A stretch of 64,000 bases of DNA, from the NCBI GenBank assembly GCA_964422025.1, contig CAYQYZ010000001.1, positions 13,410 through 77,409 on the forward strand. The letters run 5' to 3'. The notes under the pieces are model-generated. The model was not told where the DNA came from and ran no database searches. It saw only the letters and a program-made list of their open reading frames with translations. Position 1 is the stretch's first letter, and the number at the start of each line of letters is the position of its first letter. This stretch comes from an uncultured Gammaproteobacteria bacterium. GTDB taxonomy: Bacteria; Patescibacteriota; Microgenomatia; UBA1406; HO2-37-13b. Both the position numbers and the translations under genes were made by a program. Positions 1 through 8,015 of this stretch are shown here, piece by piece.

Positions 1-1
1 T

Positions 2-349
2 GGTTTATCTGATGAACAATTAGCAACTGTTAAATCACGTTTGGTACTGGCAATTGAAGGCTTTGTTACTGTTCGAGTAAAAAAAATGGCAATGGATTCA
101 CAAGTAAGGGAAATGGTTGGTAACACTGATATTCCAAACACAGATAAACTTGCAAAAAGCATAGAAGCAGGTACTGGGATCTACTATCACCATCCTGGTG
201 GTAGAAACGAGGTAGAAATGCTTGCTCTTATGCAAAATGTACGTAGTGGGGCTGTTGCTACTAAAGATTTTCATGATTCCAGACGTCTCGATTCTGAAAA
301 AAAATCATCCACTATCCGAAGAATGTACTATTATTTAGGTCTTCTTTAG
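2..349 (+). CDS. hypothetical protein, C-terminal fragment (5' end outside window)
   Basis: The frame of track ORF 41..349 stays open back to nt 2 (GLSDEQLATVKSRL...). No motif recognised. Stop TAG 347-349 lies inside a 7-bp hairpin AGGTCTT/AAGACCT (337-358). Confidence 0.4.
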   Translation, partial: GLSDEQLATVKSRLVLAIEGFVTVRVKKMAMDSQVREMVGNTDIPNTDKLAKSIEAGTGIYYHHPGGRNEVEMLALMQNVRSGAVATKDFHDSRRLDSEKKSSTIRRMYYYLGLL

Positions 350-377
350 AAAAGACCTATCAAGGCTTGTTTCCCTC

Positions 378-406
378 TTGACATTTAGCAAACCCGTTGC
401 TATACT
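378..406 (+). promoter_or_regulatory. sigma70-type promoter upstream of lon
   Basis: TTGACA (378-383), 17-nt spacer, TGcTATACT with -10 at 401-406; 11 nt before ATG 418. Confidence 0.7.
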
Positions 407-417
407 GCTAACTACCT

Positions 418-2847
418 ATGAAAATACCTGGTATTTCTGACGAAAAACTATACCCAATTGTGCCTGTTCGCGACGGAATTGTGTTTCCGGGAGCCGAGCA
501 AGTTCTCTTGTTTGGACGATCAAAAAGTATCCTAGCAATCGATGAAGCCTTAAAGCGTGAAAAGAAAATAATTTTACTCATGCAAAAGAATCCTGATGTT
601 AACGACCCGAAACCAGAAGATCTACATCAAATTGGAGTTTTGGCTACTATTGAAAAAATGCTCAAAGGCGAGCGTGGCGAAGTGAGCGCATTGGTGCGCG
701 GAGAGACCCGAGTGAAAGTCGAAACTTTCCATATTCATAACGACATGTTCGAAGCCGAACTTCGATTCTTACCTGAAACCATTCTTGAACCCGCAACTAC
801 CAGTCAAGTTGAAGCATTGGTAAAACATATCACCAGCGAGCTTAAAAAAGCCGTCAATCTCGGAAAAGGAATTGAATTTGTTTTCTTAATGAATATCATG
901 AGCGGTGTTTCGCCTCAAGAATTCTCAAATCACGTAGCCATGATTCTGGATATTAAGACTCCTATCCGTCAACTGCTCCTCGAAGAAGATGACCTTCTTA
1001 TAAAGCTTCAAAAAGAGGCAGAGCTCATTACAAACGAGGTTAAAGTGCTTGAAATTGAGCATAGCATTTCAGTAAAAACACAAAAGAAGTTTGAAAAGGG
1101 AATGAAAGATGCCGTGTTACGTGAAAAACTTAAAACCATTGAACAAGAGCTTGGCGATGAGACTCCTGAGAATCGTGACATTAATGAACTTCGCGCAAAG
1201 CTTAAGAAAGCAAAAATGAATAAAGAGGCTGAAGAAAAAGCGTTTAAGGAACTTGATCGTTTGGCTCAAATGTCTCCGTACAATCCAGAAGCCTCTTACA
1301 TTCGAACGTATCTTGAGGTCATTGCCGATCTTCCATGGGGCGAAGCGACAAAGGGCGATGTAGATATTAAGAAAGCTGAAAAAGTACTTAATACCGATCA
1401 TTATGGGTTGAAAAAAGTCAAAGAACGAATTTTGGAATATTTGGCTGTTATGAAATTGAAGGAAATGAGTACTACTTCCAAAGAATCAAAAGTAAAACAA
1501 CCAACTATTTTATGTTTCGTAGGACCTCCGGGTGTGGGTAAAACGTCCTTGGGTCGATCAATTGCACGAGCGTTAGGTCGAAAATTCGTAAAAATGTCGT
1601 TGGGTGGCATTCGTGATGAGGCTGAGATTCGAGGTCACCGACGAACTTATGTTGGAGCAATGCCAGGTCGTATGATTCAGGGAATTCGACAAGTAAAAGT
1701 AAATAATCCAGTCTTTATGTTAGATGAAATTGACAAAATCGGTGGCGATTACCGAGGTGATCCATCAGCAGCACTGCTTGAGGCATTGGATCCGGAGCAA
1801 AATTTTGCATTTTCCGATCATTACCTTGAGGTGCCGTTTGATCTTTCCGATGTCATGTTTATTACAACTGCAAATATGCTCGAAACCATTCCGGGTCCGT
1901 TGCGCGATCGACTTGAGATCATTAATTTCTCAGGCTACACCGCTGATGAAAAATTTAATATCGCGAAAAACTATTTAACTAAAAAGCAAACGGAAGCACA
2001 TGGGCTGTCTGATCATAAAGTATCGATCGTCGATACTGCTCTTAAGAGCATAGCAGGTGATTATACTCGTGAGGCGGGAGTAAGAGAATTAGAGCGTCAA
2101 ATTGCTACGATTATGCGAAAAGTCGCGCGTGAAGTTGTTGAAAAGGGTAAAAAAACCTACTCTATTAAGCCATCTGATTTGCACGGATACTTAGGACCTA
2201 AAAAATATTCTTCACAGGTTATCGAAGAAAAAGATGCCATTGGAATTGTAAATGGTCTTGCGTGGACGCCAGTAGGCGGGGAAATTTTACTCATTGAAAT
2301 CGCTATTATGCCAGGAAAAGGAAATCTTATTCTTACGGGTCATTTAGGCGATGTTATGAAAGAATCTGCGCAAGCTGCCCTAAGTTATATTCGTTCCAGA
2401 TATGAAGTATTTGGTCTTGGTTCCGATTTTTATAATTCTATAGATATTCATATTCACGTTCCCGAAGGTGCTGTTCCAAAAGATGGACCATCCGCAGGAG
2501 TCGCAATAACAACCGCCATGATTTCAGCTCTTACAAAACTTCCTGTGAATCGCCAAGTTGCCATGACGGGTGAAATTACACTCCGTGGACGTGTTTTGGA
2601 AATCGGTGGAGTTAAAGAAAAAGTTATTGCCGCTCATCGTGCTGGAATTAAAACGGTTTTGTTGCCTGCAGATAATAAAAAAGATTTGGAAGATTTGCCA
2701 ACGTTTGTCAAAAATGACCTTACTTTCATATTTGTTTCGCATTTAGATGACGTACTTAAGAAAGCGCTTATTTTTCCCGGGGGCAAATTTAATTTTCGAA
2801 AACTTGAAAAAGTAACTGCTCCGGCAGAAACTCCTGTTCTTAATTAA
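418..2847 (+). CDS. lon: ATP-dependent Lon protease
   Basis: 809 aa. Lon N-terminal domain, Walker [10 protein letters not shown], and C-terminal protease motif PKDGPSAG with downstream Lys (GGVKEKV). Confidence 0.95.
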   Translation: MKIPGISDEKLYPIVPVRDGIVFPGAEQVLLFGRSKSILAIDEALKREKKIILLMQKNPDVNDPKPEDLHQIGVLATIEKMLKGERGEVSALVRGETRVKVETFHIHNDMFEAELRFLPETILEPATTSQVEALVKHITSELKKAVNLGKGIEFVFLMNIMSGVSPQEFSNHVAMILDIKTPIRQLLLEEDDLLIKLQKEAELITNEVKVLEIEHSISVKTQKKFEKGMKDAVLREKLKTIEQELGDETPENRDINELRAKLKKAKMNKEAEEKAFKELDRLAQMSPYNPEASYIRTYLEVIADLPWGEATKGDVDIKKAEKVLNTDHYGLKKVKERILEYLAVMKLKEMSTTSKESKVKQPTILCFVGPPGVGKTSLGRSIARALGRKFVKMSLGGIRDEAEIRGHRRTYVGAMPGRMIQGIRQVKVNNPVFMLDEIDKIGGDYRGDPSAALLEALDPEQNFAFSDHYLEVPFDLSDVMFITTANMLETIPGPLRDRLEIINFSGYTADEKFNIAKNYLTKKQTEAHGLSDHKVSIVDTALKSIAGDYTREAGVRELERQIATIMRKVAREVVEKGKKTYSIKPSDLHGYLGPKKYSSQVIEEKDAIGIVNGLAWTPVGGEILLIEIAIMPGKGNLILTGHLGDVMKESAQAALSYIRSRYEVFGLGSDFYNSIDIHIHVPEGAVPKDGPSAGVAITTAMISALTKLPVNRQVAMTGEITLRGRVLEIGGVKEKVIAAHRAGIKTVLLPADNKKDLEDLPTFVKNDLTFIFVSHLDDVLKKALIFPGGKFNFRKLEKVTAPAETPVLN

Positions 2848-2892
2848 TTAACCTAAGAGGTTGAATGTGCCTAGCCAAGCCCGCAGGTTATC
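2848..2892. repeat. 27-nt TCAACCT-NNN-AGGTTG family repeat, locus A (one full unit plus one degenerate unit)
   Basis: TTAACCTaagAGGTTGAaTGTGCCTAg + ccAAGCCCGCAGGTTatc. Near-identical two-unit architecture at 40541-40587 and related units at 35641-35714. Confidence 0.75.
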
Positions 2893-2923
2893 AAAATAAC
2901 TGGGTTTGATACCCTTTTTACCA

Positions 2924-2952
2924 TTGACTTCTTTATGTGGATTGTCTAGAAT
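2924..2952 (+). promoter_or_regulatory. sigma70-type promoter upstream of the DsbA-like gene
   Basis: TTGACT (2924-2929), 17-nt spacer, TAGAAT (2947-2952); 9 nt before ATG 2962. Confidence 0.65.
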
Positions 2953-2961
2953 GAACGTATT

Positions 2962-3762
2962 ATGGCACAAAAAAATGTTACGATTCCGCTTAACCAGAAC
3001 ACCATTCTCGTCGTCGCGTTAGTAGTTATGGCTTTTTTTGCAGGATTCCTGTTGAACAAAAACAAAGCTCTTGAAGAAAAAGCTAAAACTGCTGGCACCG
3101 CTCAACAACAGCAACAAGAACCACCAGCAGCTCCAATTTCAGCTGAAAAAGTAAATAAATTATTTGGTAAAGGATATATTACATTTGGTGATAAAGATGC
3201 AAAAGTTAAATTTGTTGAAGTTTCCGATCCGAGTTGTCCGTATTGCCACGTTGCAGCCGGAAAAAATCCAGAACTTGCAGGATCAGTCGGTCCACAATTT
3301 AAGTATGAATCAGACGGTGGTACATACGTTCCCCCAGTTACAGAAATGAGAAAGTTAGTAGAAGATGGAAAAGCTGCATTCACCACTATTTATGCAAATG
3401 GTCATGGAGCCGGAGAACTTGCTATGCAAGCTCTGTATTGTGCTCATGACGATGGAAATTTCTGGGACGCTCATGATATGCTCATGACAAACGCTGGATA
3501 CGAACTTATTAACAATGTTGTTAAGAATGATGTGGCTAACATTGGAAAGTTGGTTGAATTCTTAGGCGACAAAGTAAATGCTGCGAATGTGACCAAGTGT
3601 TTGACGGATAAAAAACATGCCGCACGACTTGCCACTGAGCAACAGGTCGCTATGGATCTTGGATTCCAAGGAACACCATATTTCATAGTTAACACCACAC
3701 CATTTGCAGGTGCGTATAGCTACACAGATATTAAACCTACGGTAGATGGATTGTTGAAGTAA
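2962..3762 (+). CDS. membrane-anchored DsbA-family thiol:disulfide oxidoreductase
   Basis: N-terminal TM helix, Gln/Pro linker, thioredoxin CxxC motif (SCPYCH), and C-terminal GTPYFIV cis-Pro-type motif. Confidence 0.8.
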   Translation: MAQKNVTIPLNQNTILVVALVVMAFFAGFLLNKNKALEEKAKTAGTAQQQQQEPPAAPISAEKVNKLFGKGYITFGDKDAKVKFVEVSDPSCPYCHVAAGKNPELAGSVGPQFKYESDGGTYVPPVTEMRKLVEDGKAAFTTIYANGHGAGELAMQALYCAHDDGNFWDAHDMLMTNAGYELINNVVKNDVANIGKLVEFLGDKVNAANVTKCLTDKKHAARLATEQQVAMDLGFQGTPYFIVNTTPFAGAYSYTDIKPTVDGLLK

Positions 3763-3784
3763 TTTCACTTACCTTTAAAGAGTA

Positions 3785-3954
3785 GAGAAGGTATGATGGG
3801 TTGTTATTCTTCGTAAATACGGCGCGAGATATCTGATTCGAAGCTTGTTGGGAGGCCCGTTCCGATAAACAATGGAATGGGAGGGAACCCACTTCAAGCT
3901 GAGAATCACGATATCGAGCGGAGTATATTAAGAGGTTTATAGCGATACCTTCTC
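3785..3954 (+). ncRNA. candidate structured RNA (extended imperfect rod-like hairpin), family unknown
   Basis: Nested helices in a convergent intergenic gap: 3785-3794/3945-3954 (10 bp), 3807-3811/3930-3934, 3817-3820/3923-3926, 3823-3825/3918-3920, 3828-3833/3910-3915, 3834-3839/3903-3908, 3842-3847/3895-3900, 3849-3852/3888-3891, and apical 3856-3863/3874-3881. Two tandem GA/GA internal loops and one G.U pair favour the + strand. Confidence 0.35.
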
Positions 3955-4917
3955 AACTTTCACGTCCACCAATGTTCTTTTCAACACATTCCCCTTAATT
4001 AATATCCAGAATAACCACGCAGTAAACACGGTCTCAACAAATCCAAACAAAATAAACACGGGTTGTATAAGTAATACTATCAATAATGCCACCAACACTG
4101 GCACAATATAGCTGTATTGTTCCAGTAGTACCAACAGTTGTACTTGAATCTGTGGATGCATAGCCGCAATAATCGGTTCAATGTCTACATCGCCATTATC
4201 ATATACGTATACGTTTTCATACGGGATCGTGCTTGGATCAATTCCATACAATCTTCCTGTTTTCTCATCGACCATATTTTTTCCAACTTCTCGTAATACA
4301 CCCGCAGCAGCTTCCTTTTTTTGCTGATATCCGAGTCCATTATATTGTGGCCCTAACTTTCGAATAACTTGCGTGTTAATTTGTTTATTCACGAGTGGGA
4401 TCAATGGTTTACTCACAAATGTAATAAGCGTGTCATTTACTAATGTATTCGAGGCTATTCGATCACGTGTTTGTACAAAACTAATAAGCGAGAAAAATAT
4501 CATCAAATATATAAATGAAGTTCGCAAGGCAGGCATAAAAATTTCAGAAGGTATAAATTTTACAAATAATGCGGCCCGTGAAGTACTTGATGTGTACATG
4601 TATTGTTGCATCCACCAAAAAACCAGAGAGCTTAATACTGTTCCAATAATAGAGTGGCTTACCGCAAAGAATGTAAGTGCAAAAACGACTGTCGACACCG
4701 CATACAATTTCCCCATTTTATTTTCATTTGCCAGACCTAATAGAAATAATGTAAGAGAATCTAAATAGACTAAGAATATGGATATAAAAAATAGAATAAT
4801 ATTTATCTTCACCGCTCCACTTATGAGCGCGTACAAATTGATTCCTCCTAAGGTAAATCCCAATGCTATGGAAAGAAGTACCAAAATCCCCGCAAGAATG
4901 TTTTTTGTACTCAACAT
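3937..4917 (-). CDS. hypothetical polytopic membrane protein
   Basis: 326 aa. Several N-terminal TM helices, a soluble middle segment and two C-terminal TM helices. No motif recognised. Confidence 0.6.
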   Translation of the reverse strand: MLSTKNILAGILVLLSIALGFTLGGINLYALISGAVKINIILFFISIFLVYLDSLTLFLLGLANENKMGKLYAVSTVVFALTFFAVSHSIIGTVLSSLVFWWMQQYMYTSSTSRAALFVKFIPSEIFMPALRTSFIYLMIFFSLISFVQTRDRIASNTLVNDTLITFVSKPLIPLVNKQINTQVIRKLGPQYNGLGYQQKKEAAAGVLREVGKNMVDEKTGRLYGIDPSTIPYENVYVYDNGDVDIEPIIAAMHPQIQVQLLVLLEQYSYIVPVLVALLIVLLIQPVFILFGFVETVFTAWLFWILIKGNVLKRTLVDVKVEKVSL

Positions 4918-4932
4918 AGTCTATTTATAGCA
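4918..4932 (-). promoter_or_regulatory. extended -10 element 6 nt upstream of the start codon (leaderless-type)
   Basis: Minus strand reads TGcTATAAA-tagact-ATG (start at 4917). Confidence 0.5.
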
Positions 4933-4959
4933 AGAATTTATGTAACAAACAACTAGGCA

Positions 4960-4968
4960 TGATATACT
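4960..4968 (+). promoter_or_regulatory. extended -10 element
   Basis: TGaTATACT, 7 nt before ATG 4976. Confidence 0.45.
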
Positions 4969-4975
4969 CAATACT

Positions 4976-5623
4976 ATGAAAATCTACTTTGTTCGCCATG
5001 GCGAATCTGAACAAACCGATAAAGTTCACCAGTCTCCTGAAACAATATTAACCGATCATGGGAAAGCGCAAGCACGCCATGTTGCGAAATTTCTTTCTCA
5101 TATTCACATCGATACTATAATAACGAGCACTTACGCGCGATCTATGTTGACCGCGCAGGAGATCGCCAAAACCATAAAAGTACCTATTATTCGGAGCAAC
5201 TTATTTATTGAACGTCGAATGCCACATTCATTCGTTGGTAAGCCAGTCCAAGACGAAGCGCTGTCAGACATCCATCAAAGTATTCGCGATAATTTCTACA
5301 ATAAAAACTGGCACCACGAAGATGAAGAAAATTTTTATGATGTAACAGCGCGGGCAAAAAAAGCGCTCGAGTTTATTATTACAGAAAATAAGCAGGAAAT
5401 CATTGTAGTTACCCACGGATATTTTTTAACAATTCTGATCTTTTACATATTATTTAGCGACACCGATCATCCGGAGGCTTTTAAAGAATTTAAACAGAAA
5501 ACTGAATTTTCAAATGGGGGAATAACGATGTGTGAATATATGGACGATAAGTGGAAAGTAGTGAGTATGAATGGAATCACACATCTTCATCTTTCCTCTG
5601 GAGTATCGGATCTTTTTGAATAA
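4976..5623 (+). CDS. histidine phosphatase family protein (phosphoglycerate mutase-like)
   Basis: Catalytic RHGES motif at the N-terminus (FVRHGESEQ) and a later VVTHGYF motif. 215 aa. Confidence 0.8.
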   Translation: MKIYFVRHGESEQTDKVHQSPETILTDHGKAQARHVAKFLSHIHIDTIITSTYARSMLTAQEIAKTIKVPIIRSNLFIERRMPHSFVGKPVQDEALSDIHQSIRDNFYNKNWHHEDEENFYDVTARAKKALEFIITENKQEIIVVTHGYFLTILIFYILFSDTDHPEAFKEFKQKTEFSNGGITMCEYMDDKWKVVSMNGITHLHLSSGVSDLFE

Positions 5624-6066
5624 TACGCTATTTGATCTTTCAGCATAGTTTCACTAGTAATACGTATATGTGTGGTTAAATATGCAAGAAAAGTCGGAAA
5701 ATGTCTTTTATAGAGCAGTCGTAATATAGATTCAGCGATTTTTGAACTTTCAACTTTGTTCTTTTTAAGAGCCAAAATTTCTCGTTCAATCTCTCGCGAA
5801 ATTGAATCTACAAACCGATCTCTCATCGTCATTTTAAATTGCTGCGTTGCGTAAAATATTTCCGAATTCAGTTTGTGTCTGCTAAACTGTTCCTCAAATC
5901 CTGCTTTTTTTACCACAACAATGTGTGACATGTCTACCAATTCACTTGTAGTAAATATTTCACTACAGTTTGCACATGCTCTTCGTCTCCATATTCGGTC
6001 ATTATTATGAGTTTTTCGACTATTTTGAACAGTAGTTAATGCATTATTGCAGTGTATACAGCGCAT
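5587..6066 (-). CDS. nrdR: transcriptional repressor NrdR
   Basis: From Met33 of the track ORF: MRCIHCNN...RRRACANCSEIFTT zinc ribbon followed by an ATP-cone (VVKKAGFEEQFSRHKL...). The upstream 32 codons of the track ORF cover the predicted promoter and are not NrdR-like. Confidence 0.85.
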   Translation of the reverse strand: MRCIHCNNALTTVQNSRKTHNNDRIWRRRACANCSEIFTTSELVDMSHIVVVKKAGFEEQFSRHKLNSEIFYATQQFKMTMRDRFVDSISREIEREILALKKNKVESSKIAESILRLLYKRHFPTFLAYLTTHIRITSETMLKDQIAYYSKRSDTPEER

Positions 6067-6082
6067 GACAATATATTGATAT
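6065..6082. promoter_or_regulatory. NrdR-box-like palindrome (proximal)
   Basis: ATGACAATATATTGATAT with perfect 10-bp palindromic core CAATATATTG (6069-6078). It overlaps the nrdR start codon and is the exact inverted copy of 6156-6173. Confidence 0.55.
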
Positions 6083-6093
6083 CTAGTCCGAGC

Positions 6094-6122
6094 AGTATAA
6101 TTTAGGCGTGAAAAAAATGCAA
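6094..6122 (-). promoter_or_regulatory. sigma70-type promoter of nrdR
   Basis: Minus strand reads TTGCAT (6122-6117), 17-nt spacer, TATACT (6099-6094). It lies between the two palindromes. Confidence 0.6.
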
Positions 6123-6155
6123 GCGCAGGCACAACAAATTGTCTTATATTAGGGT

Positions 6156-6173
6156 ATATCAATATATTGTCAT
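6156..6173. promoter_or_regulatory. NrdR-box-like palindrome (distal)
   Basis: ATATCAATATATTGTCAT with core CAATATATTG at 6160-6169, 91 bp centre-to-centre from the proximal box. Confidence 0.55.
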
Positions 6174-6408
6174 AGGGGAAAAAGACCCTTACACACAGAT
6201 GGCTGTCCCCATAATACTACTTCAACTCGAAGGACCAAGCGATATGACCTTCCTTATTAAAAACTATGCAAGGCCGCTGGAAGAATCCATTAAAAGGAAT
6301 AGTAAGGAATAATATGGTATATGAGTACTAAGAAAAGCATTCGGCGCACTTCCTGAGGATAAGCACAGCTCTTTGTTATTCAAATAGACTTCCGTTTGGA
6401 CACAGATA

Positions 6409-6423
6409 TGATAATATACATCT
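6409..6423 (+). promoter_or_regulatory. extended -10 element 6 nt upstream of the start codon (leaderless-type)
   Basis: TGaTAATAT-acatct-ATG(6424). Confidence 0.5.
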
Positions 6424-7239
6424 ATGGATCCGTCGAGCGAATATGATAAAGCGTATGAAGCCTATCGAAGGAGAGATGTGGGTGAGCGAACAAAAAGATT
6501 GACGGGGGAATTGAAGAGTTCTTTAGCTGAAGGCAGGGTCCATTTTGGTCCGGTTTTTCACGTACAAACCTCTAGGGGACAAGCTATCAGTATTTCTACG
6601 CTTAAATCAGAAAGATCGCATACTTCTGCAGGAACTTCTCTACGCAACACTCGCTATTATCTTATTGCACAGGATTCTGATGGAAAAGTTTTAGGATTGT
6701 GCAAAACAGATTTACGCGATTTAGCTACTGGGATCGAAAGTGATGGAGAGGTTATGACATTGCCCGATGTGCCAGGCGTTGCCTCAACAATCGAACTCAC
6801 TAATCTATTCATACTACAAAATGAAGCAAATACACGTGGTCGTTCTATAGTCGATAAAGGAGATCCTGCGAACTTACGACGTTTAGCGAGTCTTGAGGAC
6901 ATGGCGTCAGAATCTGATGAACACTGGGAATTATATCAAAGAAAACTTGAGGAATCGAATCGTTGGTCACATTTATTTGGTCCAGAAGGCACATATGGGT
7001 ATAACGATGAATATAGACTAACCTTTGAACCAAATAGGGCCGCACAAATTACAATGGATATATTGGGGGCAGTAATACTTAACAGAGTCGATCGAGAGAT
7101 TGATGGAGGTAGAAGGATAATGGAACCGGTAGTTTCTTCAGTTACAGCTGCGCAACCAGACTATCAGAAACAGAATTTAATGTCATTTAATCAAAATATA
7201 ATACCACAGCTAGAGGGAATTATAATGGGTGGGAAATGA
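6424..7239 (+). CDS. hypothetical protein (Arg-rich orphan)
   Basis: 271-aa intact ORF with no recognisable motif. My hand count is about 23 Arg vs 10 Lys, opposite to the neighbouring housekeeping proteins. Confidence 0.55.
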   Translation: MDPSSEYDKAYEAYRRRDVGERTKRLTGELKSSLAEGRVHFGPVFHVQTSRGQAISISTLKSERSHTSAGTSLRNTRYYLIAQDSDGKVLGLCKTDLRDLATGIESDGEVMTLPDVPGVASTIELTNLFILQNEANTRGRSIVDKGDPANLRRLASLEDMASESDEHWELYQRKLEESNRWSHLFGPEGTYGYNDEYRLTFEPNRAAQITMDILGAVILNRVDREIDGGRRIMEPVVSSVTAAQPDYQKQNLMSFNQNIIPQLEGIIMGGK

Positions 7240-7247
7240 TATTTTTG

Positions 7248-7319
7248 TGACGCTACGGGGAATCGAACCCCGATTATCAGGATGAGAACCTGACGTCCTA
7301 ACCGTTAGACGATAGCGCC
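7248..7319 (-). tRNA. tRNA-Glu (anticodon CUC)
   Basis: 72-nt cloverleaf read by hand: acceptor GGCGCTA/TAGCGTC (one G.U), D arm GTCT/GGAC, anticodon arm TCAGG-TTCTCAT-CCTGA, T arm CGGGG-TTCGATT-CCCCG, discriminator A. CCA not encoded. Confidence 0.9.
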
Positions 7320-7327
7320 ATAAGTGA

Positions 7328-7356
7328 TTGACATTTCACAAATCGTGTAGTATATT
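7328..7356 (+). promoter_or_regulatory. sigma70-type promoter of greA
   Basis: TTGACA (7328-7333), 17-nt spacer, TATATT (7351-7356). A 53-nt leader carries SD GGGAGGG (7394-7400). Confidence 0.7.
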
Positions 7357-7409
7357 CTATCAAACCTGACCTCAAAATATCTTAGAACTTGACGGGAGGG
7401 TGTTTTTTT

Positions 7410-7871
7410 ATGGCCAATGCAAATGTAGTAACTCAAAAAGGATATAATAAAGTACTTGCGGAAATTGAAGAGCTTAGAAAAGTTAAGCGACCAATTGCGG
7501 TGGCACGACTTAAAAAAGCCCGTGAAATGGGCGATTTGTCGGAAAATAGTGAATATGTAGCTGCTAAGGAGGATTTGTCGTTCTTGGATGGACGTGCGCA
7601 AGAGCTTGAGTATTTGCTTCGTCAGGTAAAAGTAATTCCCGATTCATCGGATAACTCAATTATTGAGGTGGGGAGTGTTGTGGATGTTCTTGTAAATGGT
7701 AACAAAGACACGATCTCAATTGTCGGAGAGCTTGAAGCCAATATTGCAGAAAAAAAATTATCCAATAATTCTCCCATCGGCCAGGCACTTCTGGGAAAGA
7801 AAAAAGGGGATGTGGTTACGGTCACTGTCCCAGCAGGCGAAATAGAATACACGATTTTGAAAATTTCTTAA
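7410..7871 (+). CDS. greA: transcription elongation factor GreA
   Basis: MANANVVTQKGYNKVLAEIEELR... coiled-coil N-terminal domain and a C-terminal FKBP-like domain. ATG 7410 is preferred over track TTG 7389 because of the SD GGGAGGG 9 nt upstream. Confidence 0.9.
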   Translation: MANANVVTQKGYNKVLAEIEELRKVKRPIAVARLKKAREMGDLSENSEYVAAKEDLSFLDGRAQELEYLLRQVKVIPDSSDNSIIEVGSVVDVLVNGNKDTISIVGELEANIAEKKLSNNSPIGQALLGKKKGDVVTVTVPAGEIEYTILKIS

Positions 7872-7885
7872 CTATCTGCTATAAT
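7857..7885 (+). promoter_or_regulatory. sigma70-type promoter overlapping the greA 3' end; drives the leader or small RNA upstream of 8016
   Basis: TTGAAA (7857-7862), 17-nt spacer, TGcTATAAT (-10 at 7880-7885). Confidence 0.6.
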
Positions 7886-7941
7886 ACCTTCTATGTTACT
7901 AATGAATGTTATTAATTTAACAAATAAGTCAAAAAAACGCA

Positions 7942-7964
7942 TCCTTCTTGCGAGGGGCTTTTTT
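7942..7964 (+). terminator. weak terminator-like hairpin plus T6
   Basis: TCCTTC-ttgc-GAGGGG (4 Watson-Crick plus 2 G.U pairs), then C and T6, followed directly by ATG-TAA (7965-7970). Confidence 0.4.
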
Positions 7965-7991
7965 ATGTAACATAAAACATTACAACAACGC

Positions 7992-8015
7992 ACCCCTCGA
8001 AAGAGGGGTTTTTTT
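7992..8015 (+). terminator. intrinsic terminator-like hairpin (GAAA tetraloop) plus T-run, abutting ATG 8016
   Basis: ACCCCTC-GAAA-GAGGGGT 7-bp stem followed by the T-run 8009-8015. The 3' arm GAGGGG doubles as the only SD-like element for ATG 8016. Confidence 0.7.

Noticed and set aside
2901-2920. Rho-independent terminator for lon (GGGT-ttgat-ACCC followed by T5).
   Set aside because: The stem is only 4 bp, which is too weak to annotate.
3785-3954. Assigning the rod-like RNA to SRP (4.5S) RNA or 6S RNA.
   Set aside because: I could not find the SRP domain IV GNRA-tetraloop and symmetric-loop signature, or any diagnostic 6S feature, by eye. It is kept only as an unclassified candidate.
6067-6162. 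N-terminal extension of the NrdR ORF (track start 6162).
   Set aside because: NrdR proteins begin at the zinc ribbon (MRC.HC). The extension covers the predicted promoter and both palindromes.
6174-6190. AGGGGAAAAAGACCCTT as an att-like direct repeat of the tRNA-Glu T-arm (CGGGGAATCGAACCCCG, 7256-7272), which would delimit an island containing the 6424 orphan.
   Set aside because: Only about 10 of 14 core positions match, with no integrase nearby. Not convincing without statistics.
6199-6312. 37-codon ORF in the long intergenic region as a real small protein.
   Set aside because: It has no SD, no -10-N6 element and no recognisable peptide features. It is mentioned only inside a low-interest finding.
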